This document shows, one piece after another, positions 1-12,600 of a DNA stretch of 64,000 nucleotides. Where the stretch lies: positions 16,926,001 to 16,990,000 of the forward strand of contig NC_135769.1 of NCBI RefSeq assembly GCF_052425735.1, read 5' to 3'. Under the pieces are notes generated by a model. That model saw nothing but the letters and a program-made list of their open reading frames with translations, searched no databases and was not told where the DNA came from. Origin of the DNA: Oculina patagonica (taxonomy: Eukaryota). Both the position numbers and the translations under genes were made by a program. The stretch's first letter is position 1. Every line of letters begins with the position of its first letter.

Positions 1-840
1 TGTTTTGACGTTCAAAAATACGATTTTGGGGAGAGATCAACGCTTTTTCGCCAATATTTTATCAGGAATGGATATGGACATTGTTGAGTCTCGAAAAGTG
101 TAAAAAGAAGAAGAAGAAAAAGAAGAACATGCAAACTGTTGTTCTACACAGGAAACGAACGCACAAGACCTTTTCCAAGGTTTAAACAATTTATTTCCTT
201 CATGAGAGAAAACACTCATGGAACGTGACTATAATAGTACTTTACATTCCCCAGGTTCAGAAATACTGAAGAGATCATCTTCCAAGAGATCTTTTATGAA
301 GAGATGTGTTCTCAATTTGTACAACTGCATCGGGCATCTACAACCTTTTGGTAACTTTCATAGTTTCGTTGAGTAAATAGATTCTGTTAATAAAACACTG
401 CATTGACTTTCGTCTGCCAGGATTCGACAAATCTGTTATTGTTATTTACATTCATAATCAGAATCATAAGACTTGACTGACATATTATCAGCAATATTGT
501 TGTCTCCGGCATAAACAGAAATGAGATTTTCTTTTTATTAGGTAACGTTTCCTTCTTGAAGAAGCATAACCATAACTAAGCCTAAACTTAAGCATAAGGT
601 GATTAGAAGGAGCCAGCACAATCATTTTACTTGCGCTGTCCTTACTAGGAGAAAGCATAAGCACAAGAAGAAGAAACCTTCTTTTTTACTTATGCTTATG
701 CCCCGTAAAAACACCATACAAAAAAGGAGGGCGTTCGTTCTTTTTGTGTGCGTATGCTTGTGCTTGAGCTCGATACCCAAGAGTAAATATTCAAGAGGCT
801 TGCACATTGCAAGATTTTCATGGCATTTCAATTGCCCTTA

Positions 841-1265
841 GATGCTGACGAAGAGGAGAATGATTGCTTCTTTCTTTTTCATCCTACTGGTGAAGATTCA
901 CTTTAGTGCGGTTCTTCTGTTATGCAGTGCCGGACTCTACCACAAGCACTACGGTTAGTTCGCACTGGCAGAAAGATTTGTCTTAACAGAAGGAAGAGCG
1001 AGTCTCATCCATACGGTTGTTTAATGATGGACGGTGCTAATGGAGTGAAGCTGAAACTTCAAAGTTCCAGACAAAAGTGTCACAATACATGGTCAGTTTT
1101 CAAAAGCTCATACTTCTTGCGAACATCGCGATAGCTTTGCTTTTGGGAAACATGCCAGAAATGGGTCCCTTAAAGTGACCACTCAAACCTTGTATACGAC
1201 AACAATGGGATCCTTTCATCAGTCCGAGTTCTTTAACAGTTGTACTAAGTGCCTTAAATGTCCTT
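841..1265 (+). pseudogene. Internally deleted remnant of the beta-helix membrane gene (5' part of large exon)
   Basis: Matches about 44070-44463, then jumps to sequence like about 46055 (gtgccttaaatg); contains stops. Confidence 0.85.
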
Positions 1266-1589
1266 TATACAGCATAATTCAAAGGACATCAGTAAAATTG
1301 ATAGAAACTTTTTACCCCTTTTAAGGCGCACTCAATACTGCGCGGCAAAAGGTTCGCCGTGAACATTGGCAAGTTAATCTATGTATTTTTACTGCGAACT
1401 GAATTTAAAAAAAAAAAACATACAAACAGTTCCATCTATTTTTTGAAAAGTTCGATTACTTACAGACATGTTTCTGTATTATTACGAAGTTGTTGTTCGA
1501 TAGTCGCTAACGTAACTTAAGCTTCCCCTGTTCTCATCGATTCCTACAGACAAGTTAAGCAATCAGTCCCTGCGTCTCCCGTTACTTTA

Positions 1590-2723
1590 TTACTCTGTAA
1601 TTTCTGTACATGTGGCCGTTTCTATATCCCCCGTGTCCGCTGCAGCAACAGAAAATGACAAAAAGTTTCTTCTAGAATTCGCTTCGTTAAGCACAATTTC
1701 TGTCGTGACCATCTCTTCTTTAAATGATGATGAAAATGAGAATGGTGTTGGTTCTGCTGTGATACACACGGGTTCCTCAATTCCACTAATTGGTTGCCCT
1801 GTTGTAGGCCCCACATGCACAACAGCTGCCTGTCCTCTTACTGTTTGCCTTTTCTTGCACAACAACATATCACGAAGATGTTCACGGAAACTTTTCATCC
1901 GCATGCTGTACAACACCGGATTAATACAAGCGTTGAAGGTGACCAATAATGCACCACTCTTATCGTACCACGGGCCAAAAACTACTTCTCCACCCCAGAA
2001 CTGTAAGACGTAAGCTATCAAGTTCGGAATCCAGGAGACTGCGTAGATAACGCTGACCGTAATCAGCGTTATGGTAACTTGCTTGCGATAGCGTAGCGCA
2101 GCACTCTGGGAAGCTTCCAAATTCCCGACTGGCTTTAACCACAAGTGATGCACTACTCTGGTATACAGGTATACCATGATGCTTACAGGGACTATGCCTG
2201 CTAGAACCATCCAAGCCAAACTTCCCACTTTGGCCTCCACGTAGCCAAAGCTACCGTCACTTTTGCACAAACGTAGGTCGGGTTGATAATATTTGGTTTC
2301 CATAAAGCCATGCATTTGCATCAAAATGCCAAAGCTCCATCCAAGGACGATGAAGATTTTCAAACGTCGCCTTGTAAATCTACTGCGCTGACGAAGTGGA
2401 TGGATAATGGCAAAGTAGCGTTCAACAGCGATGTAGACCAAGCAGAAAATGGAAACAGCACCACCAACCCACGCCATATTTCCGTCTGTGACAAATGTAC
2501 ACAGGTATCGACCTGCCTCTCCTTCGGGCTGGGCAATGAATGGCATCATAACGTACTGGATACCTATGGACGAGGCGAACATCATGTCGGCGACGGCCAA
2601 GTTTACCAGTAGATAATTGAGCGTAGTCTGCATGGGCTTGTTGATGAGGACAGTTAAAATGACAAGCGTATTGCCGACCAGGGATATAAGTACAAGGATT
2701 GATAACACCACGATGAATATCAT
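1590..2723 (-). CDS. Class A (rhodopsin-like) GPCR, array copy 1, intact (377 aa)
   Basis: Seven hydrophobic segments; GN (TM1), NLAVAD (TM2), C at top of TM3, ERY, ECL2 Cys, SWIP (TM6), NPVLY (TM7); uninterrupted ORF. Confidence 0.93.
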   Translation of the reverse strand: MIFIVVLSILVLISLVGNTLVILTVLINKPMQTTLNYLLVNLAVADMMFASSIGIQYVMMPFIAQPEGEAGRYLCTFVTDGNMAWVGGAVSIFCLVYIAVERYFAIIHPLRQRSRFTRRRLKIFIVLGWSFGILMQMHGFMETKYYQPDLRLCKSDGSFGYVEAKVGSLAWMVLAGIVPVSIMVYLYTRVVHHLWLKPVGNLEASQSAALRYRKQVTITLITVSVIYAVSWIPNLIAYVLQFWGGEVVFGPWYDKSGALLVTFNACINPVLYSMRMKSFREHLRDMLLCKKRQTVRGQAAVVHVGPTTGQPISGIEEPVCITAEPTPFSFSSSFKEEMVTTEIVLNEANSRRNFLSFSVAAADTGDIETATCTEITE

Positions 2724-3146
2724 CTTAACAAGAATTCAGAGTCACTTTGACCTAAAAGTAAAAAATAACACAAAGAGAGTTTAATGTTTAGCTTTTTACC
2801 TGTACTAACTGGGAGAAATAAGGAAAGAAGCAGTAAAAAATAATAAAGAAAAAAATAATGCGCCGAAAATAACAGTCTCAAAAAGGCAATAAAATTTCAC
2901 GGTTGGTGGTAAATCTCGATAGAATTGAAAGTAGTGAGCTGCTTAGATACCCGATGTTTTGTTTGGTGCTCGGCCTGTCAAACAGTATTCCATTGGGTCT
3001 GTTGTGATGAGGAATTCCCACTGAACCCGAACATTGCAAAAAGATCCGAAGAAGACCCTCTAATTCCTACCTCCAACAATTCTCTACAAAGACTTTAAGC
3101 GTCATATAAACGGTGCCCAAAGTACCGACTCCTCGAAAGTAGTAGT

Positions 3147-3494
3147 AGCGACCTTACGAAACCATGTCGGCGACGGCAACGAAAACGTCGCCAAACAAAA
3201 GGTTAAATGAGCGCAATAATGGGATAGCATAGCACGTGCGTTATCCATCTTGGTACATTTCTTTGTCGACCTCTGAAACCTAACGACGTGAAATGACCAA
3301 AATTCTGTTTAGTCTGGAGAACGTGGACCACGGCGGCGAATTTTTTGTGTTTCTAATTAGAACTTCAGTTCGAGCTTAGTTCTGACACCAATGAACGGAC
3401 GAAATAAATAACGATAGTTGCGATATTGTTAAGTAAAATCATTTTTTAGTCGACCTTGTCGTCAGCGTCGCTGTCGTGGTTTCGAAAGGTCCCT
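3147..3494. mobile_element. MITE (further copies at ~57417-57768 and, interrupted, from ~12465)
   Basis: Imperfect TIR agcgaccttacgaaacca/tggtttcgaaaggtccct, AGT on both flanks. Confidence 0.7.
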
Positions 3495-4330
3495 AGTGCC
3501 CCTAAAATAGCACTGGAAAACGCTGATACTTCCGAAAGCACCGAGGATCAATAAGAACTGTTACAGTATTGCTTACGCATGGTGCCAAATGGTGCGGTAC
3601 GTAGCGTTGGTTCGGGCTGAGTTACTGCTAAAACCAGCGAGGGTGACGTATAAAAAGCTTTAATAGGCAAGCCTTCAAAAATGTTCATCTCTTCATGTTA
3701 TAATATAATAAAGAATCTCGATATTTCTTCATTCGCTTTCGATGTTTTTGTTTAATCTTGTTCGGAGCTTGAACAGCTGTAGTATTTCTCGAACCAAAAT
3801 CCAAACAAACAATCAACTTTGACTCAGAAAATGATGATGATAAAAAGTTGAAGCTTTTTGTACGTCGCTCATACAGGTTTTCGAACATTTTAGCTGTGAC
3901 TCAAATCCTCTTAAAATCGATTTTTTAAACTTACAGCCTTGATCCAACTCCTTGATCCTTCTAAATAAACGCTTATGAAACAGTTTATTCTATGACTGCC
4001 TCTGTGAGCGATCAAGATGAAGCAAATCATGTTTTGTGATTGGCTAGCCGAGTGGTCAAGATGGTGCCATCTTGGGATGACCGGTTATGTCGCCGCGGGC
4101 GAGAAAACCGTATTACTGACGCTGGTCCAAAAAGGTTTCCCTCGTAAATTTGCACTATGGAAAAATATTTCATTTAAACGGCATTACACGGACTAACTAA
4201 ACAACTTAAGGATCAGTAACTTCTTAGTTTTGAAGGCGGTAGGTGTAAGCGTTTTAGTTTTGAGAATTGTCCGGCAAACTGAACAGAAGGCTTTTAACAA
4301 ACACATTTGTTAGCTATTCTAACTCGACAA

Positions 4331-4569
4331 ATAGTCCAATTTACAGTTATTTGCCAACTGACCTGGGCTTTGAGTGGTAGTGAGGCTGGAGGTGACCTTG
4401 CATTGATACAAACCTCTCTGCTTTATCATGTAAATGCAAACTAGTTTGCATCAAAACAGCATGATTAACACAACAAAAGCAGTTAGGTCTGTATGGAAAC
4501 AAGGTGACCATCAGCCTCACTTCCATTCAAAGGCCACGCCACTGAGCAGAAAACTGTAAAATGGACTAC
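4331..4569. mobile_element. Palindromic MITE
   Basis: atagtccaatttacagtt...aactgtaaaatggacta; inverted repeat around tgcaaactagtttgca; not present in the paralog near 14470. Confidence 0.75.
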
Positions 4570-4765
4570 TTTTCTTTGTCCCATGCTCGAGTCATGTCGA
4601 AAAATTTCTTCTTCATTATTTATCACGGAGTTAAAAATTTACCATCTGCCGTTTATTAAACAACTCAATAATTAATAAGAAAGAGACCATTCCTAGAACG
4701 GGGTATGATATTTTGAATGCAACAAGCCAGGATAGGGTATTAAAAAAAATCTTGATGATTTGGTA

Positions 4766-5652
4766 AGTGCAGAATGCAATATGGAACAATTGAAAGTATG
4801 ATGTTTTATATATGTTCGTGTTTATTTGCTTTATTTTACTTTCGGAAAAACTGTTCACAGGCTACTTGTATTCTTTCCCAGGTGTTCCTTACGCTAATCT
4901 TTGCAAACGTAACACGACACTTTTGTTCGTTTGTAACAAAATACTTTTGTCTTCCTTGAAAATGCGATAACATGAAACTTTTGTTTTTTTTTTGTTTTAC
5001 GGCGGCATCGATGACATTTGTTTAATTTAATTAAGTTACGGTTTAGACTGCACGAAAGACGATTCTCAAAAACTAAAGAAACAAATCTAATCAAAAAACA
5101 TATCTTTCGACAGGTTTTTTAAAACGCAGTGCAGCTAGGATATTTGTTTCCTGGTTATCAGGTGTTCACGCCGAAAATCCCGGTGCAAGTTTTTGCATAC
5201 CTAATTACGAAAGCGCTGTGAAAGTCTCAAAATCTAATTTAATTAACTTGCGGTTTTTACTTGGCGCCAAGAAGTCTGCAGGAAGCCTACCGCAAACACG
5301 CAATACAAGCGATGTTCATGATAGTTCCAGAAAACAACGTAGACTAATCTGCGCATTCGTTTGGTGTAAATTACGTTGAGTAGTACCACAAGGAGAGCAA
5401 AGGGTGTTCTGAAACAAATATATACGTTTGAGATCTTCATATGAAAGTAACGTAGATGTGCTCCAGGTTTTACCTAAGGGTACGGTCAGGTGCTCCCCAC
5501 CCCACCCCTCCTCAGGAATAATTAATTAATTGATATTAATTAATTAATTGGTGATTAAAAGTTTACACCGCGTTAGCGGCTTAGTGGTTTAGTGGTTTAG
5601 GGGTTTAGCAGACACCAACTCACCAAACCATCACAATAGTGCATTCTGCACT
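4766..5652. mobile_element. ~0.9-kb insertion with short TIRs
   Basis: AGTGCAGAATGCA/TGCATTCTGCACT; empty site gggtattaaaaattgaccta at ~59050 and ~14635. Confidence 0.7.
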
Positions 5653-6457
5653 AAAAATTGACCTATTTCTTAAACGGAGTATCATTTTGAATGTAAATTC
5701 GTTAAAAAATAGTGTTAATTTGGAGTCCCATATCCAATTCAATATTCCACTCTGAAAGCAACAAACAAAAAGAGCTCTATGGAATCCGGAAGGACGGACG
5801 CAAGATGCATAGCAATATCTACATCTTACATTTATTAACGTTATCATAAATTAGATGTTTTTTTGTGTACTTTTGAGGAAAGAAAAAACGGGATTCGAGA
5901 TAGCGATGAGAGAAAGTGCAGGAGGCGGAATTTGAATGGAAAGGAGCGAAAATGTGGAATCAGGACCCGACCCACACACCACCACCCCCCCCCCCCCCAT
6001 ATCCATTTTTTAAAACCTTATCACGACTTATTCATGCCATAAATATATCCTTTTTATGCTCTTTGACTCTTTCATCTTGATATCTTACACGGTATCGCCT
6101 AGTATTGGCCCAGCTGGGCTAGCTGAGTGCTGTATGCCACGAAGATATATAGGTTACTACCAACTTAGTAATAATTCGGGCTGCGCTATAGCTAGAAGCC
6201 ACGCCGCTTGAAAATTCCCTCTTCATCATTCACATTATAATCACTAGTACGAGTTTGTAAGCATCAGAGAGATATGAAAAGCGGCTTGTACATTAATCAG
6301 AGAAGAAGTTCTTAATGTTACAGTGGTATTTCTTTGCGCCTGTATAAGTCTATATGTCTTGCTAAAAATGCAACAGCTTGCATTACTATGCAATACCAAA
6401 ACAGAAAAACTCCCCCCAATAAGTTCGCAGATCAGCAATGTCGAAATCATCAAGTCC

Positions 6458-6636
6458 AACTCACCACGAGTCTCTCGTAGCTCGGTTTGTTAGAGCGCCC
6501 AACCGGTATCTGGGAGGCCATGGGTTTGATTCCCGTCGGGGACTCAGAATTTTTCTTTGTCCCATGCTCGTGTCATTGTTGATAACTTCATCTTCGTTAT
6601 TTATCACCGAACTTAAAATTTACCATCTTTATTATT
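6458..6636 (+). mobile_element. tRNA-derived SINE-like repeat, family A
   Basis: A-box-like TAGCTCGGTTTG, B-box-like GGTTTGATTCC, body and AT-rich tail; no canonical tRNA acceptor stem. Confidence 0.75.
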
Positions 6637-7164
6637 TACTAGTTAACTTTATATTTAACCTGGGAGTTATTGACAAATTTATCAGTCAAAAGCAACGTAG
6701 GTAATGACAACAATGATGAAAGCGAATTTATATGCAGTGCTTTTTCTCGTTTTGGAAATCACTAACAGAAGGTCTAAGAACCCCACAACGCTTATACTCA
6801 TACGACCACAGACATACTTTGTCCAGCTAGTGTTTTTTCTTTCATAAAACGGATAAAGTTTTAAAAAAAACACCAACCTCCTTACTTTTTAATTTAGCAG
6901 TCTTTTTATACCGCTACGTATGGTCTTCATCATAAGTCAATACTTCGCGGCAAAACCTTCTCAGAGAACATGAGCAAGTTAGTAGTATGGAAGGCTTGTT
7001 TTAAACCACTTTTTTTGAGCAGGATCTCATTAGCGTGAGCAGGGATACATTAACTGGGTGACGTCATAGAACAGTGAATAAAATGCGGTGGATTTAATTA
7101 AACTGTGGGTGATTTCATGTTCTATTCTTCCCTTTGTTGATATAACCAGAGTCCAGGTTTGTCA

Positions 7165-9178
7165 TGTTTTATTTTTTTTTTCTTGGCTGGTATAACCGGG
7201 TTGACAGGATTTACTCTTTGGATCACAGTAGCGGTTTAATTATCATTATTATTATATTATCAGTACTAGTTGCATTGTTTTTCATTCTATTTGAAATCCC
7301 TGGAAGAACCATTAAGCATGTAAATAATTATGCAACTTTACTCGATGCGCTAGAGTGAACTCGGTGATAAAAGAGTTTTTAGTCCTAAGCAAAAACATTT
7401 GCAAAATTTCTTTTTTCTCCACCAAAATTCTTTTGCTTGCCACCGCCACGATTCTATTGTCCTACACCACCACCACCACAATTCCATGCCGCCCTCTCCT
7501 CCTCCTCCTCCTCCTCCTCAATTCTATTGTTTACCTTCTGCTTCTCCTTCTGATCAATTCTATTGTTCTATTATTTTCTTTCTTCGTCCATAACCACCGC
7601 CATTACCACTACGACCGCTACCGTGACCATTACCAACACCACCGTGACTACTACCACCTTCACCTCCTCCACCACAACAATCTTACCACCACCACCGCCT
7701 CCTCCTCCACGACCCCCCCCCCCCCCACCACCGCCAACACAATTTTATTGTATACCACATCCACATCATGCGCCACAACCACAACCACAACCACAACCAC
7801 AAGGTCGAGTTGAGGTCGATGTGCGGTTGCTGTGAGGTCGATGGAGGGTCAACTAGGCCTTTCTCGATTATGCTAGCATTTTTTTCGGCATTTTTTGGGA
7901 AAACGAGCATTTTTTTCGCTTTTTCTTCAAAAAAGAATTGCTAGCATTTTCTGTCACTTTTCATGACTGTGATCCAGATTTTCAGCACTCAGAACTCAGA
8001 AGGATAAATAATCCTAAAGTTTCACAATTTTGATTACATAATTTGATTGTTTTCTGTCTGTTTCGACTGTTTGTGCGTTGTGTTACTTGTGTACTTGTGT
8101 TGTGTTACTTGTGTGTGTGTTTTTTTATTTTTTTATTTAAAAAAAAAATTATATTTTTATTTTTTTTTTATTTTTTATAAACAAACAATTATTAAGTATC
8201 ACCTGTTGTTGATATGAGCATATAATGTGAGAGTTTGTACGTTTTGTTTGAAATAAAACAAAGCATTTTTGGAATTCAAGTGGCATTTTTTAAGGAAATC
8301 AGGCATTATTTTAGTATTTTTTTGGCTTTATGCAAGAATTTCTAGTAGCATTAAATGCCAGTTTTACTAGCATAATCGAGAAAGGCCTAGGGTCAACCCA
8401 GAACAGAAAAGTTTCTCATTTCACGCTCTTGTGCTTTGTTACCCCGCTTATACTCCATCTATACCCCCTCTGCACCTTGCATTGACCCTCCATCGACCTC
8501 ACATCAACCCTACATCGACCTTGTGTCGAACCTGTGATTGTGGTGGTAGCAGTGGTTGTGGTACAAAAAAATTGTGATGGCAGTTGTGGTGGTGGTGTGT
8601 GTTCGTGGAGGCGGTGCAGGACGAGGAGGAGAAAGAGGAGGTGGTGGTAGTGGTAGTGCACGTGGTGGTGACCGTAGCGGTGGTGGTGGTGGAGGTGGTT
8701 GTGGACGAGGAAAACAATAGAATTGTGGTTCATGGAATTGTGGTGGTGGTTTAGGATAATAGATCCGTGGTGGTAGTGGTGGTGGCGGTGGTAAACAATA
8801 CAATTGTGGAGGTGGACATTATGCAATTTTTTTAAGCGCTTTTATCACTAATTTTACGCGCATCCAGTATAAAACCATTGTTTGAAATTAATGATGTCTG
8901 TACATGACAAGTCATGTCTGCATACCGTTTTTTCTCGATTAAACGCCGGGCCCCGAATAATCTCGCCGGGTCTCCAGGATAGAGTGGTAAGTAAGCCTTT
9001 TAGGCATTTATTTGAGGTGTAATATGCTTTAGGTATGATGGCAAGATACATTCATGTCACAAATAATGTCTAAAAACCCTTGTTTAATAATCATTTTACT
9101 CAAATAAACTGCACCGTTCAAATAAACGCCGGATCCAGAGAACCAAATTTGAAATACGGTAATTACAAACTTGATGGC
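7165..9178. repeat. Fold-back copy with two MITE insertions
   Basis: Same arms and spacer as 40416-41892. Confidence 0.85.
7854..8389. mobile_element. hAT-type MITE
   Basis: 23-bp TIR TAGGCCTTTCTCGATTATGCTAG; 8-bp TSD GGGTCAAC. Confidence 0.92.
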
Positions 9179-9197
9179 ACCTAAAGCTTCCCAGTTC

Positions 9198-10376
9198 TCA
9201 TATTTTCTGCGGGCAAGTTGAGCAAGCAGTCCCTGAATCTCCTGTTACCTGTTTACTCTCTGTACATGTTGTGCATGTGGCCGTTTCTATTTTCTTTATG
9301 TCTGCTGCAGCGTCAGAAAATGTCAAAGATTTTCTCCTGGATTCCACTTCGTTAAGTGGTATTTCCGACGAGATAATTTTTCCTGAGGAAAATGAGAATG
9401 GTGTTGGTGCTGCTGTGTTACGAGCAGGTTCCTCACATCCATTGATTGGTTGCCCTGTTTCAGGCCCCACATGCACAACAGCTGCCTGTCCTCTTGCTGT
9501 TTGCTTTTTCTTGTACAACAGCATGTCACGGAGATGCTCACGGAAGCTTTTTATCCGCATGCTGTACAACACCGGATTGATACAAGAGTTGAAGGTTACC
9601 GATAATGTACCACTCTTATCGTACCACGAACCCATAACCACTCCACCCCAGGATTTTAAGACGTAAGCTATCAAGTTCGGAATCCAGGACACTGCGTAGA
9701 TCAGGCTGACCGTAATCAGCGTTATGGTAACTTGCTTACGATAGCGTAATGAAGCCCTCTGGGAAGCTTCTAAATTCTCGACTGGCTTTAACCACAAGTG
9801 ATGCACTACTCTGGAGTACAGGTATACCATGATGCTTACAGGGATTATGCCTGCTAGAACCATCCAAGCCAAACTTCCCACTTTGGCCTCCACGTAACCA
9901 AAGTTACCGTCACGTTTGCACAAACGTAGGTCGGGTTGTTAATAGCTGGTGTCAATAAAGCCAGGTATGTTGATCAAAATAGCAAAACTCCATCCAATGA
10001 CGATAAAGACTTTCAGACGTCGCCTTGTAAATCTACTGCGCTGGCGAAGCGGATGAATAATGGCAAAGTAGCGTTCAACAGCGATGTAGACCAAGCAGAA
10101 AATGGAAACAGCACCACCAACCCACGCAATATTTCCGTCTGTGACAAATGTACACAGGTATCGACCTGCCTCTCCTTCGGGGTGGGCAATGAATGGCATC
10201 ATAACGTACTGGATACCTATGGACGAGGCGAACATCATGTCGGCGACGGCCAAGTTTACCAGTAGATAATTGAGCGTAGTCTGCATGGGCTTGTTGATGA
10301 GGACAGTTAAAATAACAAGCGTATTGCCGACCAGGGATATAAGTACAAGGATTGATAACACCATGATGAATATCAT
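9198..10376 (-). pseudogene. GPCR copy 2 with in-frame nonsense codon in ECL2
   Basis: ORFs 9939..10376 and 9198..9923 are in the same frame; TAA at 9939-9941 replaces the second Tyr of the YYQPDLRLC motif seen in paralogs. Confidence 0.85.
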
Positions 10377-10455
10377 CTTAACAAGAATTCAGAGTCACTT
10401 TGACCTAAACGTAAAAAATAACACAAAGAGAGTTTAATGTTTAGCTTTTTACTAA

Positions 10456-12108
10456 CAGGCCCGTAGGCTGGGGGGGTTCGGGGGGTTCGGACGAACCCCC
10501 CCACCGCCTGAAAAGGTCCGGTCTGAATGGTGTAGCATTAATGTACCGGTCTGAATGGTACAGCATTAAAGGTCCGGTCTGAATGGTACAGCATACATAT
10601 GGCCTACGCGCATAATAAAATAAAAATAAAAACATACTGACGTTATTTGTATTGATTTTCAACAATATTGACTAATTTTCAAACGTTTCTCGTGTATTCC
10701 CCTCTTTTTCGGTTTTCAGACTGGAACCATTAGCAAAGTGTGACTCAAGTTATAACTGATGTTGATTTCACCGATTTGAATATGTCGCGGTCGTATAAAT
10801 AAATTAAATATATCTGAAGCTAAGCTCTGAAGCCTAACGCAAACAATATAATTGACATCCAATTCCCCTGGACAGCGTGACATTGTGGAAAGTAGAGCAA
10901 AGAAGGAAATTAAAAGAAATGACTTTGAATCACGTCATGACGGTAGCGGGGTAAACAAAATTCTTATTTAAAAGCCATCAGGATAAGGCCAGCTGGCAAA
11001 CGAATAAGTACATGAGATAGTGCGCTCTGAGTCCTTAAATTCTCGTTCTCACTGATTTTGGAGAGTTGTGGCTTCCTATCTTTAATTTCTTGCTGTTGCT
11101 TAAAATTTCTTTCTCTCTTTGTCTTAATATTTTTAAGTGAAAACCGTAATGAAGCCCAACAAATTTTGGCAAGTATTACGTCCTTTGAGTTCATTGTCGT
11201 GTTTATGGCAGTGTACCAATATTTGTCGCACCTGGCTGGAATCACGGTTAAGCTACAGAGAGCAGCTCTTGACATCGTGGAGGCCCATGGCATGATCACA
11301 GAAGTTGCTAGTTTCTACCGAAAACAAAGGGAAGATTGTGACAAAACCTTTTCAGCTGTTTACACTCAAAGTGTTGCAATGGCAGAAAAGGTGGGCCTGC
11401 TGCCGAAATGCCTCGAATTGCGTCGAGACAACAGCATCGTTCCAATACCGAGGCTCAAAATCCTAAAATTTATTTCCAACGAAACGTGGCAATTCCTCTC
11501 CTTGATCACATCATCATGTGCATCAATGAGCAGTTTTCACCTTCGGCGACCGTTGCCGCGTCACTGCTTGGTCTCGTACCAAGTGTTCTCTGTTCAAAGA
11601 ATGTTAATCTTGAAGCAGCTGTTAACAAGTACAATGATGATCTCCCCTCCCCTGAAATGTTTGAAATGGAGCTTATGCGATGGAGAGGTCGATACCTGGC
11701 GATGGAACCGGAATTAAGGCCAGCTTCACCTGCAGTGGCAATCAAAGATTGTGATGATGACCTCTTTCCAAACATCAGCATTCTTCTAAAAATTGCCTGC
11801 ACCATACCAGTAACATCATGCGAATGTGAACGAAGTGCAAGCACGTTGCGACGACTGAATAACTACATGCGAGCGTCAATGGGAAAAGAAAGGTTGTCCA
11901 ACCTTGCGCTTCTGCACATTCACTACGATACCCCCGTGGAGCTAGACACGGTAGTCAGCTGTTACGCCCACCTTCACCCCCGTCGACTACAACTGGAAAA
12001 TCTTCTTCAGTAACGGTATTTTTTTTTAAATTAGTGGGACACTGGTAACTAATGGTCCGTTCTAAAAGAAAACGAACCTACCCGGGCAAAAACCAGCCTA
12101 CGGGCCTG
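10456..12108 (+). mobile_element. Internally deleted hAT transposon with C-terminal dimerisation domain, 5-bp TSD
   Basis: TIR CAGGCCCGTAGGCTGG/CCAGCCTACGGGCCTG; ACTAA on both sides; FPNISILLKIACTIPVTSCECERSASTLRRLNNYMRASMGKERLSNLALLHIH; frameshift near 11400; absent at paralogous sites ~2800 and ~57060. Confidence 0.9.
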
Positions 12109-12600
12109 ACTAACTGGGAGAAATAAGGAAAGAAGCAGTAAAAAATAATAAAGAAAAAATAATGCGCTGAAAATAACAGTCTCAAAAAGGCAATAAAATT
12201 TCACGGTTGGTGGTAAATCGTAATAGAATTGAAAGTAGTGAGCTGCTTAGATACCCGATGTTTTGTTTGGTGCTCGACCTGTCAAACACTATTCCATTGG
12301 GTCTGTTGTGATAAGGAATTCCGACTGAACCCGAACATTGCAAAAAGATCCGAAGAAGACCCTCTAATTCCCACCTCCAACAATTCTCTACAAAGACTTT
12401 AAGCGTCATATAAACGGTACAAATTTTCGCTGCCCAAAGTACCGACTCCTCGAAAGTAGTAGTAGCGACCTTACGAAACCATGTCGGCGACGGCAAAGAG
12501 AACGTCGCCAAACAAAAGTTTAAATGAGCGCAATAATGGAATAGCATAGCACGTGCGTTTTCCATCTTGGTACATTTCTTTGTCGACCTCTGAAAACTAA

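Noticed and set aside
1612-2013. Recurrent ~130-aa antisense ORFs over GPCR TM7 and tail
   Set aside because: Shadow ORFs inherited with the duplicated CDS, mostly with non-ATG starts
1590-2723. Specific receptor name (QRFP, NPFF or tachykinin receptor, or opsin)
   Set aside because: Only generic class A motifs; no Lys at the TM7 retinal-binding position; orthology needs a phylogeny
7355-8826. His-, Pro- and Thr-rich ORFs (e.g. PPPQFYC repeats) in fold-back arms, superficially like extensin or minicollagen
   Set aside because: Triplet repeats keep all frames open on both strands; no signal peptide, no Gly-X-Y and no consistent start or stop among copies
10516-10594. Three ~28-bp direct repeats, CRISPR-like in size
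   Set aside because: No unique spacers, eukaryotic context; they are hAT subterminal repeats
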